A stretch of 60,015 bases of DNA from a virus (taxonomy: Duplodnaviria; Caudoviricetes), in the IMG/VR virus record IMGVR_UViG_3300044621_001273, positions 1 through 60,015 of that record; one strand, 5' to 3'. The stretch's first letter is position 1. Each line of letters starts with the position of its first letter. Positions 26,501-35,243 of this stretch are shown here, piece by piece. The position numbers and the translations under genes were made by a program. Under the pieces are notes generated by a model. It was not told the DNA's origin and ran no database searches. It saw only the letters and a program-made list of their open reading frames with translations.

Positions 26501-27306
26501 ATGAGTTGGCTCTTTTCGCAGGCGCTGGTGGAGGAATTCTTGGGGGACATTTGCTCGGATGGAGAACCGTCTGCGCCGTTGAATGGGAACCCTATCCAGC
26601 AAGCGTACTTGCCGCCAGACAGAATGACGGCGTTCTCCCGACTTTCCCAATTTGGGATGATGTTCAAACCTTTGACGGAAAACCGTGGAGAGGAATTGTT
26701 GACGTCGTATCTGGAGGCTTTCCGTGCCAGGACATATCAACAGCAGGAAAAGGTGCTGGAATCAACGGAGCAAGAAGTGGAATGTGGTATCACATGGCAC
26801 GAATCATCGGAGAAGTACAACCAAAATATGTCTTCGTTGAAAACAGCCCAGTCCTACGTACTAGAGGACTTGTCAGAGTTCTCAAAGACCTTGCCTCGCT
26901 CGGGTATGATGCAAGATGGACAGTATTGGGAGCAGCCGACGTCGGTGCTCCGCACAAAAGAGATAGGATGTGGGTTGTGGCCCACTCCAACAGTCTGCGG
27001 CAAATACAATCGCAAGGGAGCCAGCGCGACCAGCGGGGATGGTTTAGCGACGGCAGTGAAGATGTGGCCAACACCTCAAGCACAAGATGCAAAACACAGC
27101 GGCAAGAACACAGAGAACAGGATAAATCAAGGAAGACAGTTGCAGCTTGCCCACACAGCAGGTATTGGTGGCAAACTGAACCCAACGTGGGTAGAGTGGC
27201 TAATGGGATGGCCGCTCGGGTGGACCGACTTAAAGCCATTGGTAACGGACAAGTCCCCCTATGTGCCGCAGAAGCCTTCAAGCACTTGTCACAACAGTTT
27301 ACCTGA
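26497..27306 (+). CDS. C5-cytosine DNA methyltransferase, catalytic (alpha) polypeptide
   Basis: Motif I LFAGAGG, IV GGFPCQDIS, VI ENS, VIII HKRDR, X RLKAIGNGQVP; motif IX not evident in this frame. Confidence 0.9.
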   Translation: MNELALFAGAGGGILGGHLLGWRTVCAVEWEPYPASVLAARQNDGVLPTFPIWDDVQTFDGKPWRGIVDVVSGGFPCQDISTAGKGAGINGARSGMWYHMARIIGEVQPKYVFVENSPVLRTRGLVRVLKDLASLGYDARWTVLGAADVGAPHKRDRMWVVAHSNSLRQIQSQGSQRDQRGWFSDGSEDVANTSSTRCKTQRQEHREQDKSRKTVAACPHSRYWWQTEPNVGRVANGMAARVDRLKAIGNGQVPLCAAEAFKHLSQQFT

Positions 27307-27337
27307 CGGCAGCTACTACGGAACCAACACAGCATGA
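26501..27337 (+). CDS. Overlapping +1-frame protein, putative methyltransferase beta polypeptide
   Basis: 278-aa open frame with two WPTP repeats and LNPTWVEWLMGWPLGWT (motif IX-like); its stop overlaps the next ATG. Confidence 0.7.
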   Translation: MSWLFSQALVEEFLGDICSDGEPSAPLNGNPIQQAYLPPDRMTAFSRLSQFGMMFKPLTENRGEELLTSYLEAFRARTYQQQEKVLESTEQEVECGITWHESSEKYNQNMSSLKTAQSYVLEDLSEFSKTLPRSGMMQDGQYWEQPTSVLRTKEIGCGLWPTPTVCGKYNRKGASATSGDGLATAVKMWPTPQAQDAKHSGKNTENRINQGRQLQLAHTAGIGGKLNPTWVEWLMGWPLGWTDLKPLVTDKSPYVPQKPSSTCHNSLPDGSYYGTNTA

Positions 27338-27516
27338 AACAGCTTATGATTGATCCACCATCGGGGTGGAGATATGGGTTTCCTAGAGTCATCCCTGACG
27401 GTGTGACAGACCATCAAGCATGGTTGATTGAGAATGGTTATCCATCTTCACTCATCGATGAATTTGGTGAGCACTTCTATTGCAAGTATTGGTATGTGGG
27501 CACAGATGATGAATGA
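27334..27516 (+). CDS. Conserved small phage protein
   Basis: IDPPSGWRYGFP...WLIENGYP. Confidence 0.7.
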   Translation: MKQLMIDPPSGWRYGFPRVIPDGVTDHQAWLIENGYPSSLIDEFGEHFYCKYWYVGTDDE

Positions 27517-27826
27517 CTTTGACACCTACCAACAGCAGTCTTGGAAGTTTGCGCTTGACTCAGCTAAGAACAATGAATATCTATTCAATGGCTTAGCTGG
27601 TGAAGTTGGAGAAGTTTGTAGCCTTCGTGCTAAAGCCATTAGAGACGGTTATTCAGACAACTACACAGAGATGCTGAAGAAAGAGCTTGGTGATGTCTTG
27701 TGGTTTGTCTCAAGCATTGCTAAGATGTATGACATCCCGTTGTCTGACGTGGCTATGTACAACATCAACAAGCTATACTCTCGTCAACAACGTAACGTCA
27801 TAGGAGGTAGTGGAGACGAACGATAA
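27506..27826 (+). CDS. MazG-like nucleotide pyrophosphohydrolase
   Basis: GLAGEVGEV...KKELGDVLWF...NINKLYSR. Confidence 0.88.
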   Translation: MMNDFDTYQQQSWKFALDSAKNNEYLFNGLAGEVGEVCSLRAKAIRDGYSDNYTEMLKKELGDVLWFVSSIAKMYDIPLSDVAMYNINKLYSRQQRNVIGGSGDER

Positions 27827-27855
27827 TGTGATATAACCACCGACCCCGTTTTGTT

Positions 27856-27880
27856 AAGGCAGCAGAGATGCTGCCTTTTG
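27856..27880 (+). terminator. Hairpin with T-tract upstream of the RNR gene
   Basis: AAGGCAGCA-GAGA-TGCTGCCTT-TT. Confidence 0.5.
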
Positions 27881-27899
27881 TATCTGTGAGGAAGAATAA

Positions 27900-29795
27900 A
27901 TGACACCATATCAAACCTACATTGCAAAGAGCCGCTATGCACGTTTCCTTGATGACAAAGGACGCCGTGAGCATTGGCATGAAAGCGTCAAGCGCTATTT
28001 CGATTTCATGCAGACTCATTTGAAGAAGAACCACAACTACGACATCCCTGCTGATCTGCGGCAGAAGCTGGAAACAGAGATGGTAAACCGTGAGGTGTTG
28101 CCGTCTATGCGTGCCATCATGACCGCTGGTGAGGCTCTGGAGCGTCAGAACGTTGCTGGTTACAACTGCTCCTATATGCCCATTGACGACGCTAAGGCGT
28201 TTGATGAAGCCATGTACATCCTGCTGTGTGGCACTGGTGTAGGCTTTAGCGTGGAACAAAAGTATGTCAACAAGCTCCCTGAAGTACCTGATCGTCTCTT
28301 TGACTCTAACACTGTGGTTGTTGTCAAGGACTCCAAGGAAGGTTGGGCAAAGTCTTTGCGTCAAATCATCGCCCTTCTTTATGCAGGCGAAATCCCAAAA
28401 TGGGACGTCTCTGCTGTGCGTCCCTCAGGCACACGATTGAAGACCTTTGGTGGGCGTGCCAGTGGGCCTGGTCCGCTGGAAGACCTGTTCAAGTATGTTG
28501 TTGCCAAGTTCAAAGGCGCTGTCGGCCGTAAGCTGACCAGTCTTGAGGCACATGACATCTTGTGCAAGATTGGTGAAGTTGTTGTGGTTGGTGGTGTTCG
28601 TCGTAGTGCAATGATTTCATTGTCTGATCTCAGCGATGATCGCATGGCGCACGCTAAGGCAGGAAGTTGGTGGGACGGCAACGGTCAGCGTGCTCTTGCA
28701 AACAACAGCGCTGTGTATGACAGCAAGCCTGATGTCGGTAAGTTCATGCGTGAGTGGTGCTCCATCTATGACAGCCACAGTGGTGAGCGAGGCATCTTCA
28801 GCCGCTATGCAAGTGATCTCCAAGCAGCTAAGAATGGAAGGAGAGAACTAGGACATGAGTGGGGTACGAACCCTTGCAGCGAGATTATTCTTCGTCCTTA
28901 TCAATTCTGCAATCTATCTACCATTGCTGTTCGTAGCGGTGATACTGTGGAGCGATTGGCTGATAAGGTTGCTATGGCAACGATCTTGGGCACCTTTCAA
29001 TCGACGATGACCAACTTCCCATATCTGCGAAAGATTTGGCAGACCAACACAGAACAAGAGCGTCTGTTGGGTGTGTCTATGACGGGCATTCTTGACAATG
29101 CTCTTCTGAACAACCCGGACAATCCTGAGTTGCCTGCTATTCTTGAACGTCTGAGGGCCATCTCCGTTGAAACCAACGCCAAGTTTGCTGCTGACATTGG
29201 CATCAACGTCTCGGCTGCTATCACCTGTGTCAAGCCTGAAGGAACAGCATCACAACTGACAGGCACTGCCAGTGGTATTCATCCACAACACTCTGCCTAT
29301 TACATCCGTCGTGTCCGCAGTGACAACAAAGATCCTCTGACGGATTTCATGAAGCAAGCAGGCTTCCCCGCTGAGCCTTGTGTGATGAAGCCAGAAAGCA
29401 CCACTGTCTTCTCCTTCCCGATGAAGTCAGATGGTGATGCTGTTCTGCGCGATCACATCGATGCTTTGAAGCATCTGAAGCTGTGGTTGATGTTCCAACG
29501 TCACTGGTGTGAGCACAAGCCTTCTGTGACCATCTCTGTGAAGGAAGAGGAATGGCCTGCTGTTGGTGCTTGGGTGTGGCAACACTTCGATGAAATCACT
29601 GGCGTTAGCTTCCTTCCATATGACGGAGGCACTTATCGCCAGGCTCCATATGAGGAAATCAATGGAGATCAATACGAAGAGATGCTGAAGCTAATGCCAA
29701 CCGACATCAATTGGGACGGTTTCCTAGAGATGACGGACAACGTTGAGGGAATTCAGATGTTGTCCTGTACCGCAGGTAGCTGTGAAATTCGCTAA
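27900..29795 (+). CDS. nrdJ: Class II (B12-dependent, monomeric RTPR-type) ribonucleotide reductase
   Basis: YNCSY, GGVRRSA, TNPCSEI, QFCNL, TCVKPEGT, C-terminal CTAGSCEI; no beta-subunit gene. Confidence 0.95.
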   Translation: MTPYQTYIAKSRYARFLDDKGRREHWHESVKRYFDFMQTHLKKNHNYDIPADLRQKLETEMVNREVLPSMRAIMTAGEALERQNVAGYNCSYMPIDDAKAFDEAMYILLCGTGVGFSVEQKYVNKLPEVPDRLFDSNTVVVVKDSKEGWAKSLRQIIALLYAGEIPKWDVSAVRPSGTRLKTFGGRASGPGPLEDLFKYVVAKFKGAVGRKLTSLEAHDILCKIGEVVVVGGVRRSAMISLSDLSDDRMAHAKAGSWWDGNGQRALANNSAVYDSKPDVGKFMREWCSIYDSHSGERGIFSRYASDLQAAKNGRRELGHEWGTNPCSEIILRPYQFCNLSTIAVRSGDTVERLADKVAMATILGTFQSTMTNFPYLRKIWQTNTEQERLLGVSMTGILDNALLNNPDNPELPAILERLRAISVETNAKFAADIGINVSAAITCVKPEGTASQLTGTASGIHPQHSAYYIRRVRSDNKDPLTDFMKQAGFPAEPCVMKPESTTVFSFPMKSDGDAVLRDHIDALKHLKLWLMFQRHWCEHKPSVTISVKEEEWPAVGAWVWQHFDEITGVSFLPYDGGTYRQAPYEEINGDQYEEMLKLMPTDINWDGFLEMTDNVEGIQMLSCTAGSCEIR

Positions 29796-29851
29796 TCAGT
29801 AACAAACAGAGGGCTATAATGGCCCTCTTTTCATTTGTAGGAAGGAGATTT

Positions 29852-30604
29852 ATGGTAACGAAGAAGAGGGCAGCTTTGTTTGAAGGCAACGGTGAAGCGC
29901 CTCCAGCGCAGCGAACAAACTCTCTTAAGGTGAAGCTAGACGACATGTCAACGATTCAGCCTAAGAGTGATACACAACGTGATTTCTTTGAAGCCTATGC
30001 CAGAGGCCACTACTTCATGTGTCTTCACGGTGTCGCAGGTACAGGCAAGTCCTACATCGCCCTGTACAAAGCCTTAGAAGACGTCCTAGATAGGTCTACA
30101 CCGTTTGGTAAGGTGGTCATCATCAGGTCTGCTGTACAAAGCAGAGAGATGGGATATTTGCCTGGTGGTGTTGATGAGAAGATGGAGGTGTACATCCAGC
30201 CCTATCGTCAAATCACAACAGACTTGTTTGCACGCAAGGACGCTTGGGACAGGCTCTGTGAGCAAGGACACGTAGAGTTTTTGTCTACGTCGTTCATCAG
30301 AGGCACCACCTTCAGCAACAGCATCATCCTCGTTGATGAGTTCCAAAACTGCAACTTTGAAGAACTCGACACCGTCATCACCCGCGTTGGACACACCAGT
30401 AAAATCATCTTCTGTGGTGATGTACGTCAGACTGATTTGAAGAAGAAAGACGATAAGTCTGGCTTGAACAAGTTCTTGAACATTGCTGGTGCTATGAAGC
30501 AATTCAGTAAATTTGAGTTCACTGTAGATGACATCTGCCGCAGCAGCTTGGTGAAGGACTACATTGTGGCTAAGATGCAATATGAAGATGGAGAACAACA
30601 ATGA
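29852..30604 (+). CDS. phoH: PhoH-like ATPase
   Basis: GVAGTGKS, GYLPG, FIRGTTF, VDEFQN, GDVRQTD, RSSLVK; AAGGAG SD. Confidence 0.93.
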   Translation: MVTKKRAALFEGNGEAPPAQRTNSLKVKLDDMSTIQPKSDTQRDFFEAYARGHYFMCLHGVAGTGKSYIALYKALEDVLDRSTPFGKVVIIRSAVQSREMGYLPGGVDEKMEVYIQPYRQITTDLFARKDAWDRLCEQGHVEFLSTSFIRGTTFSNSIILVDEFQNCNFEELDTVITRVGHTSKIIFCGDVRQTDLKKKDDKSGLNKFLNIAGAMKQFSKFEFTVDDICRSSLVKDYIVAKMQYEDGEQQ

Positions 30605-30825
30605 GCATCATGATTAATTTGCGTCAAGGAATTGGCTTTGACATTGAATACAACAACGAAATTTGCTACCGTACTGACTACTACGATGATGATGGCAACG
30701 TCACCAAGCAAGATCAAATACTGTGCTACACAGGCATCATCCTCAAGATTCCTTTCTTCACCATCTTCATTGGTGACCTGTTCCCTATTGAGGAAGACAG
30801 CACCTACATCAAGAACAATAGTTGA
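30601..30825 (+). CDS. Hypothetical protein
   Basis: ATGA-coupled to phoH. Confidence 0.6.
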   Translation: MSIMINLRQGIGFDIEYNNEICYRTDYYDDDGNVTKQDQILCYTGIILKIPFFTIFIGDLFPIEEDSTYIKNNS

Positions 30826-30885
30826 CAGCAGGGCTTCGGTGTGGCAACATCGAGGCTCTTTAACAACACCAGAGCGAGGACAGCA

Positions 30886-31077
30886 ATGGAGATGAGAAAA
30901 ATAGAGCCATCCTATGCATTCAAGGAGGGCTATTACGCCTTCAGCAGAGGATGGCTTGAGTGTAAATATTCTTTGACGTCAACACGCGGAAAAGAATGGC
31001 AACGTGGTTTTGACAGGGCCTATTTCGACAACCTTCAGAGGATCAAAAATGTTTCTAACTCCCGTAACGTCCATTGA
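30886..31077 (+). CDS. Small protein with an Rmf/CrpP-like pattern
   Basis: AFKEGYYAF...CKY...RGKEWQRGF. Confidence 0.5.
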   Translation: MEMRKIEPSYAFKEGYYAFSRGWLECKYSLTSTRGKEWQRGFDRAYFDNLQRIKNVSNSRNVH

Positions 31078-31378
31078 GCATTGCAAGTCTGTCTGTGTCC
31101 AAGATTGGTCAATCTATGAGATTGAATATCGAGGAGAACTAGAACGACATATTGTTGGCTTTGACTTCACAGACATGTGGGCAACCAGGGTGTCTACAGC
31201 AATCAAGAAATTTGACATGGAGAAGATGGAGGCTGTGACACGAAGTGGACGTCATTACACTCTCTGTGGAGAGCCTAGAGAGACGATAATGGCACCCTAT
31301 CCTGTGTGGCTTGATTGGTGTCACTATTGCGGTGTTGAAGACTCTGTCAATGTGACGGACGAGTATAAGAGGCATTGA
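31049..31378 (+). CDS. Hypothetical protein
   Basis: GAGG SD; HIVG...RVST.I..FD...TRSGRHY.L.G. Confidence 0.65.
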   Translation: MFLTPVTSIEHCKSVCVQDWSIYEIEYRGELERHIVGFDFTDMWATRVSTAIKKFDMEKMEAVTRSGRHYTLCGEPRETIMAPYPVWLDWCHYCGVEDSVNVTDEYKRH

Positions 31379-31385
31379 CAAAGAA

Positions 31386-31462
31386 GCGTCCATAGCTCAA
31401 CTGGATAGAGCAACGCCCTTCTAAGGCGTAGGTTGTAGGTTCGATTCCTACTGGATGCGCCA
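31386..31462 (+). tRNA. trnR: tRNA-Arg (UCU)
   Basis: Cloverleaf; anticodon arm ACGCC-CTTCTAA-GGCGT; T-loop TTCGATT; encoded CCA. Confidence 0.95.
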
Positions 31463-31464
31463 AA

Positions 31465-31547
31465 GCTGGAGTCGCATAGCGGCAATTGCAACGGTTTTGT
31501 AAGCCGTCGGGAAACCTTCATGAGTTCGAGTCTCATCTCCAGCACCA
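31465..31547 (+). tRNA. trnT: tRNA-Thr (UGU) with an extended variable arm
   Basis: Acceptor GCTGGAG/CTCCAGC-ACCA; anticodon arm ACGGT-TTTGTAA-GCCGT; 12-nt variable region. Confidence 0.85.
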
Positions 31548-31553
31548 ACAACA

Positions 31554-31639
31554 GCGGCTGTGGTGGAATTGGTAGACACAGCAGACTTAAAATCTGCCAG
31601 CATTAAGCTGTACCGGTTCGACTCCGGTTAGCCGCACCA
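31554..31639 (+). tRNA. trnL: tRNA-Leu (UAA)
   Basis: Anticodon arm GCAGA-CTTAAAA-TCTGC; long variable arm; ACCA end. Confidence 0.95.
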
Positions 31640-31668
31640 AAAACAAAGGCCCTTAATTGGGCCTTTTT
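31640..31668. terminator. Bidirectional intrinsic terminator between the converging genome halves
   Basis: AAAGGCCC-TTAATT-GGGCCTTTTT with an A-tract on the left and a T-tract on the right. Confidence 0.85.
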
Positions 31669-31688
31669 GCTGTACAGCGAATATTGCT

Positions 31689-34600
31689 CTATCTTCTTAG
31701 AACAAATCCACCTTTGTTGAAGTCTTTACCAATAGCTTCAGCAATGTCAAATTCACCGTGAATGATGCGAAGTTTGTCACGCAGTGACTCTGGTCTTCTC
31801 TTCTCTGTCTTGATAAATCTATCAACAGCAGCGTCTCTCTTCTCTTTGCCAAGACCCTCAAACATCCTGTTGACACTCTTCTCAGGATTTGTTTCGAGAT
31901 AGGTATCTTGTACGTTAGTCTTAGCCATGCTGATGGCTTGACTAATTCTTGACTTCATAGTCCTACGTTGTTCATTGATAGACAAAAAAGGATAAGCCTT
32001 GTCTTTGTTGACAAGATCATCCACAGCAGCCTCAACAAGAGGTGCAGCTTCTCTGATGGTGAGATTGTCTAAGGTGCGGTCGCCAGTGGACTTGTACAAG
32101 CTAAAGGAAGGAATACGCAGACGAGCTAGTTCGTTCTCTGCCACACTTGTTGGAGGAGTAGGACGAACACCTTGAAGCTGTCTCAACACCGTAGGAACCT
32201 GTTGTGGTGTTGTCTGGAACAGCGAAGGACGCTCTTCTAAGAACCCTCTAGCGCCTGGTATAGGCCCTAAGACAGGGGCTGCAACAGCGCCAGCAAAGGT
32301 GCCTAAGCCTTCTACAGGCGCTCTGGTGTCAACGACACTGTAGTCTTCCAACAAGAAGTTAACAGCGTCATAGGCGGGATTGAAGAAGTTGTCAAAACGT
32401 CCTAAGAAGTCTCCAACTTCTGTGCCTGCTTTTCTTTCAACATCTGTAGTGATACCTTCTTCAAACAGACGGGATACCCTCTCAAACACAGTATTCTGTG
32501 AGAGCGAAGACCTGCCCATGCCTGTCATAATCTCCATAAATTTCTGCCCGTCGAACTTCCTGACTCTGTTGAGTTCAAGCTGCTCAGCCTTTAGTAAAAG
32601 TTCTTGACGTCCTTTTTCGTTTAAGGCAAGACTTTCAGCTTGTTGTTTAAACTTGGTAGCCTCTTGTTGTCTTTCTTCTTTAGACATCTTCAGCGTGTAC
32701 CAAAGAGTCTGAGACATGTCTCTCATTAATAAAGCAGCCTCTGCCATGTAAGAGATGTTGACAAACGGGAATAACCCACTGCCGTCTTTAATATTGCCAT
32801 CATCATCTCTATACTGATGTGCTTCAAGATCAGAGTTTTCTTCTCGAAACGCCATTGCTCCGTAGATAACAGAAGTTCCAACAGTAGCGTCTAATATTTT
32901 CTTCTTTGCGTCATAAGCCAAACCAGCAGCTTTTGCTCCAAACTCATCGGCTTCTTTGTCGTTACCGGCTGCTCTAAGTTTCTCACTTTCATTCAGAAAC
33001 TTCCTAGATTGTCTGAGTTCTTGAACACCGCCTAAAGCAGAGGCTGGTGTCATGCGATAGGTATATCGAATAGAGTTCAAGCTGAAGCGCATGAATGGAT
33101 GAATTAGCTTACCAGGGATACCAGCTAAACCATTCCTGTTGAAAAGCTGAAGCGTAAATGCTGCTAAGTTCTCAGCAGCCCCTTCAAAGCTCTTCTCCCC
33201 CGTCTTCTTAAACTCATATGAGAAGGTTAGCTTCAGAGCATCATCGGCAGCTTCTTTAAGCAGGGCAACAGGAATAGCCTTATTATTTGCAATGAAGTCT
33301 TCGTAGTCCAAGCCAACAGCATCCATTCTGTCTTTGACAGCTTGTAAGAAGATAGGACGACGAACAACACTGTCAACGGCTCTGTTGGCAATGTTGATGG
33401 TGTTCATTACCTTTGCAACGGATGCTGGCAACCCTCTGCTATCTGTTTCAGCACCGACAGAGCTAAGCAAATTATTAAGACGAGGCTGATTCTTCAACAT
33501 CAAGTCTGTAACTTCGGATGTGTAGCCAGCATCAGCCATTGTTTTAAGAACAAAGAAGCTGTCAGCAAAGGCTTCAGAGACGTCTTCTTTGGCTCTGTCT
33601 TTAGTTAGAACACCACCTCTTAGGTCATATAACATTCTTCCTGCTGTTGAATACACAGCATCAACAGTGTCGGCAGCTACCTTCAAAGGAACAGAACCAG
33701 CAAGACCAATGGCGTTTAGCACGGCAGTGGACAAGCTGGCAGTTGAAGCAGCAACGGATGTCCCAACAACCCCAGTACCAAAGTCTATTGCTTTACCTGA
33801 CCAATACTCAGTGCCATAGGAAGCCCTTGACATATTCTTCAGAGCTTCTTCCAGCTTAGGATCACCCTTAGTTGCTTTGTTCAGAAACTGTGCCAACGAA
33901 GATGCTTCCTTCAACGTTGCACCGGCCTGAGACAGCGTCACTCTAAACGTCTCTAAGAACTCTTTGTTGTTGACACCAGCGCGTGCTGCTGCCTGTTGAA
34001 TGGTGTCAACATCGGCTTCTTTAAGCGTGTTAGCAACAGCCTGTGTAATTCTCACTTCATTCAAATCAGGGCGAAGCAATGGGTTATCGATGTAAATCTG
34101 CTTAGCCACTTTGAAGATGTCAGCAACAGTGTTTTCATTCAACACAGCTTCAGTGACAGCACCAGGAGCATCCATCTTGTCCAGTGTTTCTTTTCTGGCT
34201 TCACGCCTAGCAAAACTATCGGCAAACAACGCTTTTCTGTTCTCACCAACAGACTTCTCCTTTGCAGCAAATTGCTTCAAGAAGTCTGCTGTTTGCTTAT
34301 CAGTGAGGGCAGGCGCTCCCTTCTTACGTTGAGCCAAGGAAGCAATGCGGGCAGGAGCTTGTTCAGCCTTGATGTCTGCAACACCTTTACCACCGACAGC
34401 GCCTAAAGCAGTAGCAACACCGACAGACAAAGCTGTCTGTGCATAACTCATTTCTTCTCTAAGACCAAGTTCTTTTTCTGTACGTTGTCTTATGACATCT
34501 TGAGTACCGGCAGCACCACCTTCAACAGCGGCTGTGACACCAGTAACAGCCAAGGCTTTCTTGGTAGCGCTAACAACAGCAGGTTTCAACAGAGCTTGTT

Positions 34601-35243
34601 TAGTCAACCAGCCAGCAACACCACCAACATATGTCGAAGGACTAGTTAAAACCGCCCTCAACTCTTGAGTAAAGGTAGTGCCTAGTTCTTTAGCAACACC
34701 ATAAGCCTGCCTCGCCACTTCCTTCTGCTCAGGCTTCGCATTCAACGCCCATGTCAGTTCATAGCCTAGCTCCATGTCATTCTTAGCCTGAGAACGCTGA
34801 AACTCCTCCACCAGCTTCACAGGCTCTTTAGGCATGGGCTTGTTGGGGAAGCGCTCCTTCATATAGCGCTGAATGATGTTGAGCTTGTCCTTCTGTGAAG
34901 CAATGTCAGAAACAGTGACAGGTGTTCCCATCTCTAGCATGGGACCAAAGCCTTCCATCTCCATCGTGGAACCAAAGCGGCCTGTGGTGTCAACATCACC
35001 TACCTCAGTGAAGGCGGCTGTAGGCATCCGTCCAGAAGGCGTAGGAGGCGCTACAGGGGCTGTAACAGGCGTTGGTGTAGGACGGGTAGGCTGAGCCTGT
35101 GCAGCGCGAACAGGGGCTGTTCTGGCGGGTTGTGGAGGCTCTTCTGTAGAGACAGAGCCTCCAAACTTCTTAGCAAGCCCTTCGTAGTCAGTCTGTACCT
35201 GACCGCCAAACTTCTTAGCAAGTTCTTCGTAGTCTGTTGCCAT
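31689..35243 (-). CDS. Large internal virion (ejection) protein
   Basis: 1184 aa, helical, last gene of the late operon; N-terminal DYE.LAKKFGG duplicate; ends FNKGGFVLRR. Confidence 0.7.
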   Translation of the reverse strand: MATDYEELAKKFGGQVQTDYEGLAKKFGGSVSTEEPPQPARTAPVRAAQAQPTRPTPTPVTAPVAPPTPSGRMPTAAFTEVGDVDTTGRFGSTMEMEGFGPMLEMGTPVTVSDIASQKDKLNIIQRYMKERFPNKPMPKEPVKLVEEFQRSQAKNDMELGYELTWALNAKPEQKEVARQAYGVAKELGTTFTQELRAVLTSPSTYVGGVAGWLTKQALLKPAVVSATKKALAVTGVTAAVEGGAAGTQDVIRQRTEKELGLREEMSYAQTALSVGVATALGAVGGKGVADIKAEQAPARIASLAQRKKGAPALTDKQTADFLKQFAAKEKSVGENRKALFADSFARREARKETLDKMDAPGAVTEAVLNENTVADIFKVAKQIYIDNPLLRPDLNEVRITQAVANTLKEADVDTIQQAAARAGVNNKEFLETFRVTLSQAGATLKEASSLAQFLNKATKGDPKLEEALKNMSRASYGTEYWSGKAIDFGTGVVGTSVAASTASLSTAVLNAIGLAGSVPLKVAADTVDAVYSTAGRMLYDLRGGVLTKDRAKEDVSEAFADSFFVLKTMADAGYTSEVTDLMLKNQPRLNNLLSSVGAETDSRGLPASVAKVMNTINIANRAVDSVVRRPIFLQAVKDRMDAVGLDYEDFIANNKAIPVALLKEAADDALKLTFSYEFKKTGEKSFEGAAENLAAFTLQLFNRNGLAGIPGKLIHPFMRFSLNSIRYTYRMTPASALGGVQELRQSRKFLNESEKLRAAGNDKEADEFGAKAAGLAYDAKKKILDATVGTSVIYGAMAFREENSDLEAHQYRDDDGNIKDGSGLFPFVNISYMAEAALLMRDMSQTLWYTLKMSKEERQQEATKFKQQAESLALNEKGRQELLLKAEQLELNRVRKFDGQKFMEIMTGMGRSSLSQNTVFERVSRLFEEGITTDVERKAGTEVGDFLGRFDNFFNPAYDAVNFLLEDYSVVDTRAPVEGLGTFAGAVAAPVLGPIPGARGFLEERPSLFQTTPQQVPTVLRQLQGVRPTPPTSVAENELARLRIPSFSLYKSTGDRTLDNLTIREAAPLVEAAVDDLVNKDKAYPFLSINEQRRTMKSRISQAISMAKTNVQDTYLETNPEKSVNRMFEGLGKEKRDAAVDRFIKTEKRRPESLRDKLRIIHGEFDIAEAIGKDFNKGGFVLRR

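Noticed and set aside
31465-31547. Calling the second tRNA tRNA-Tyr(GUA)
   Set aside because: The 5-bp anticodon stem centres TGT in the 7-nt loop, and the G1-C72/C2-G71 acceptor fits Thr.
31689-35243. 1184-aa protein as an RNA polymerase or tape measure protein
   Set aside because: No polymerase catalytic motifs were seen, and there are no tail tube, sheath or chaperone genes; its position fits a podovirus ejection protein.
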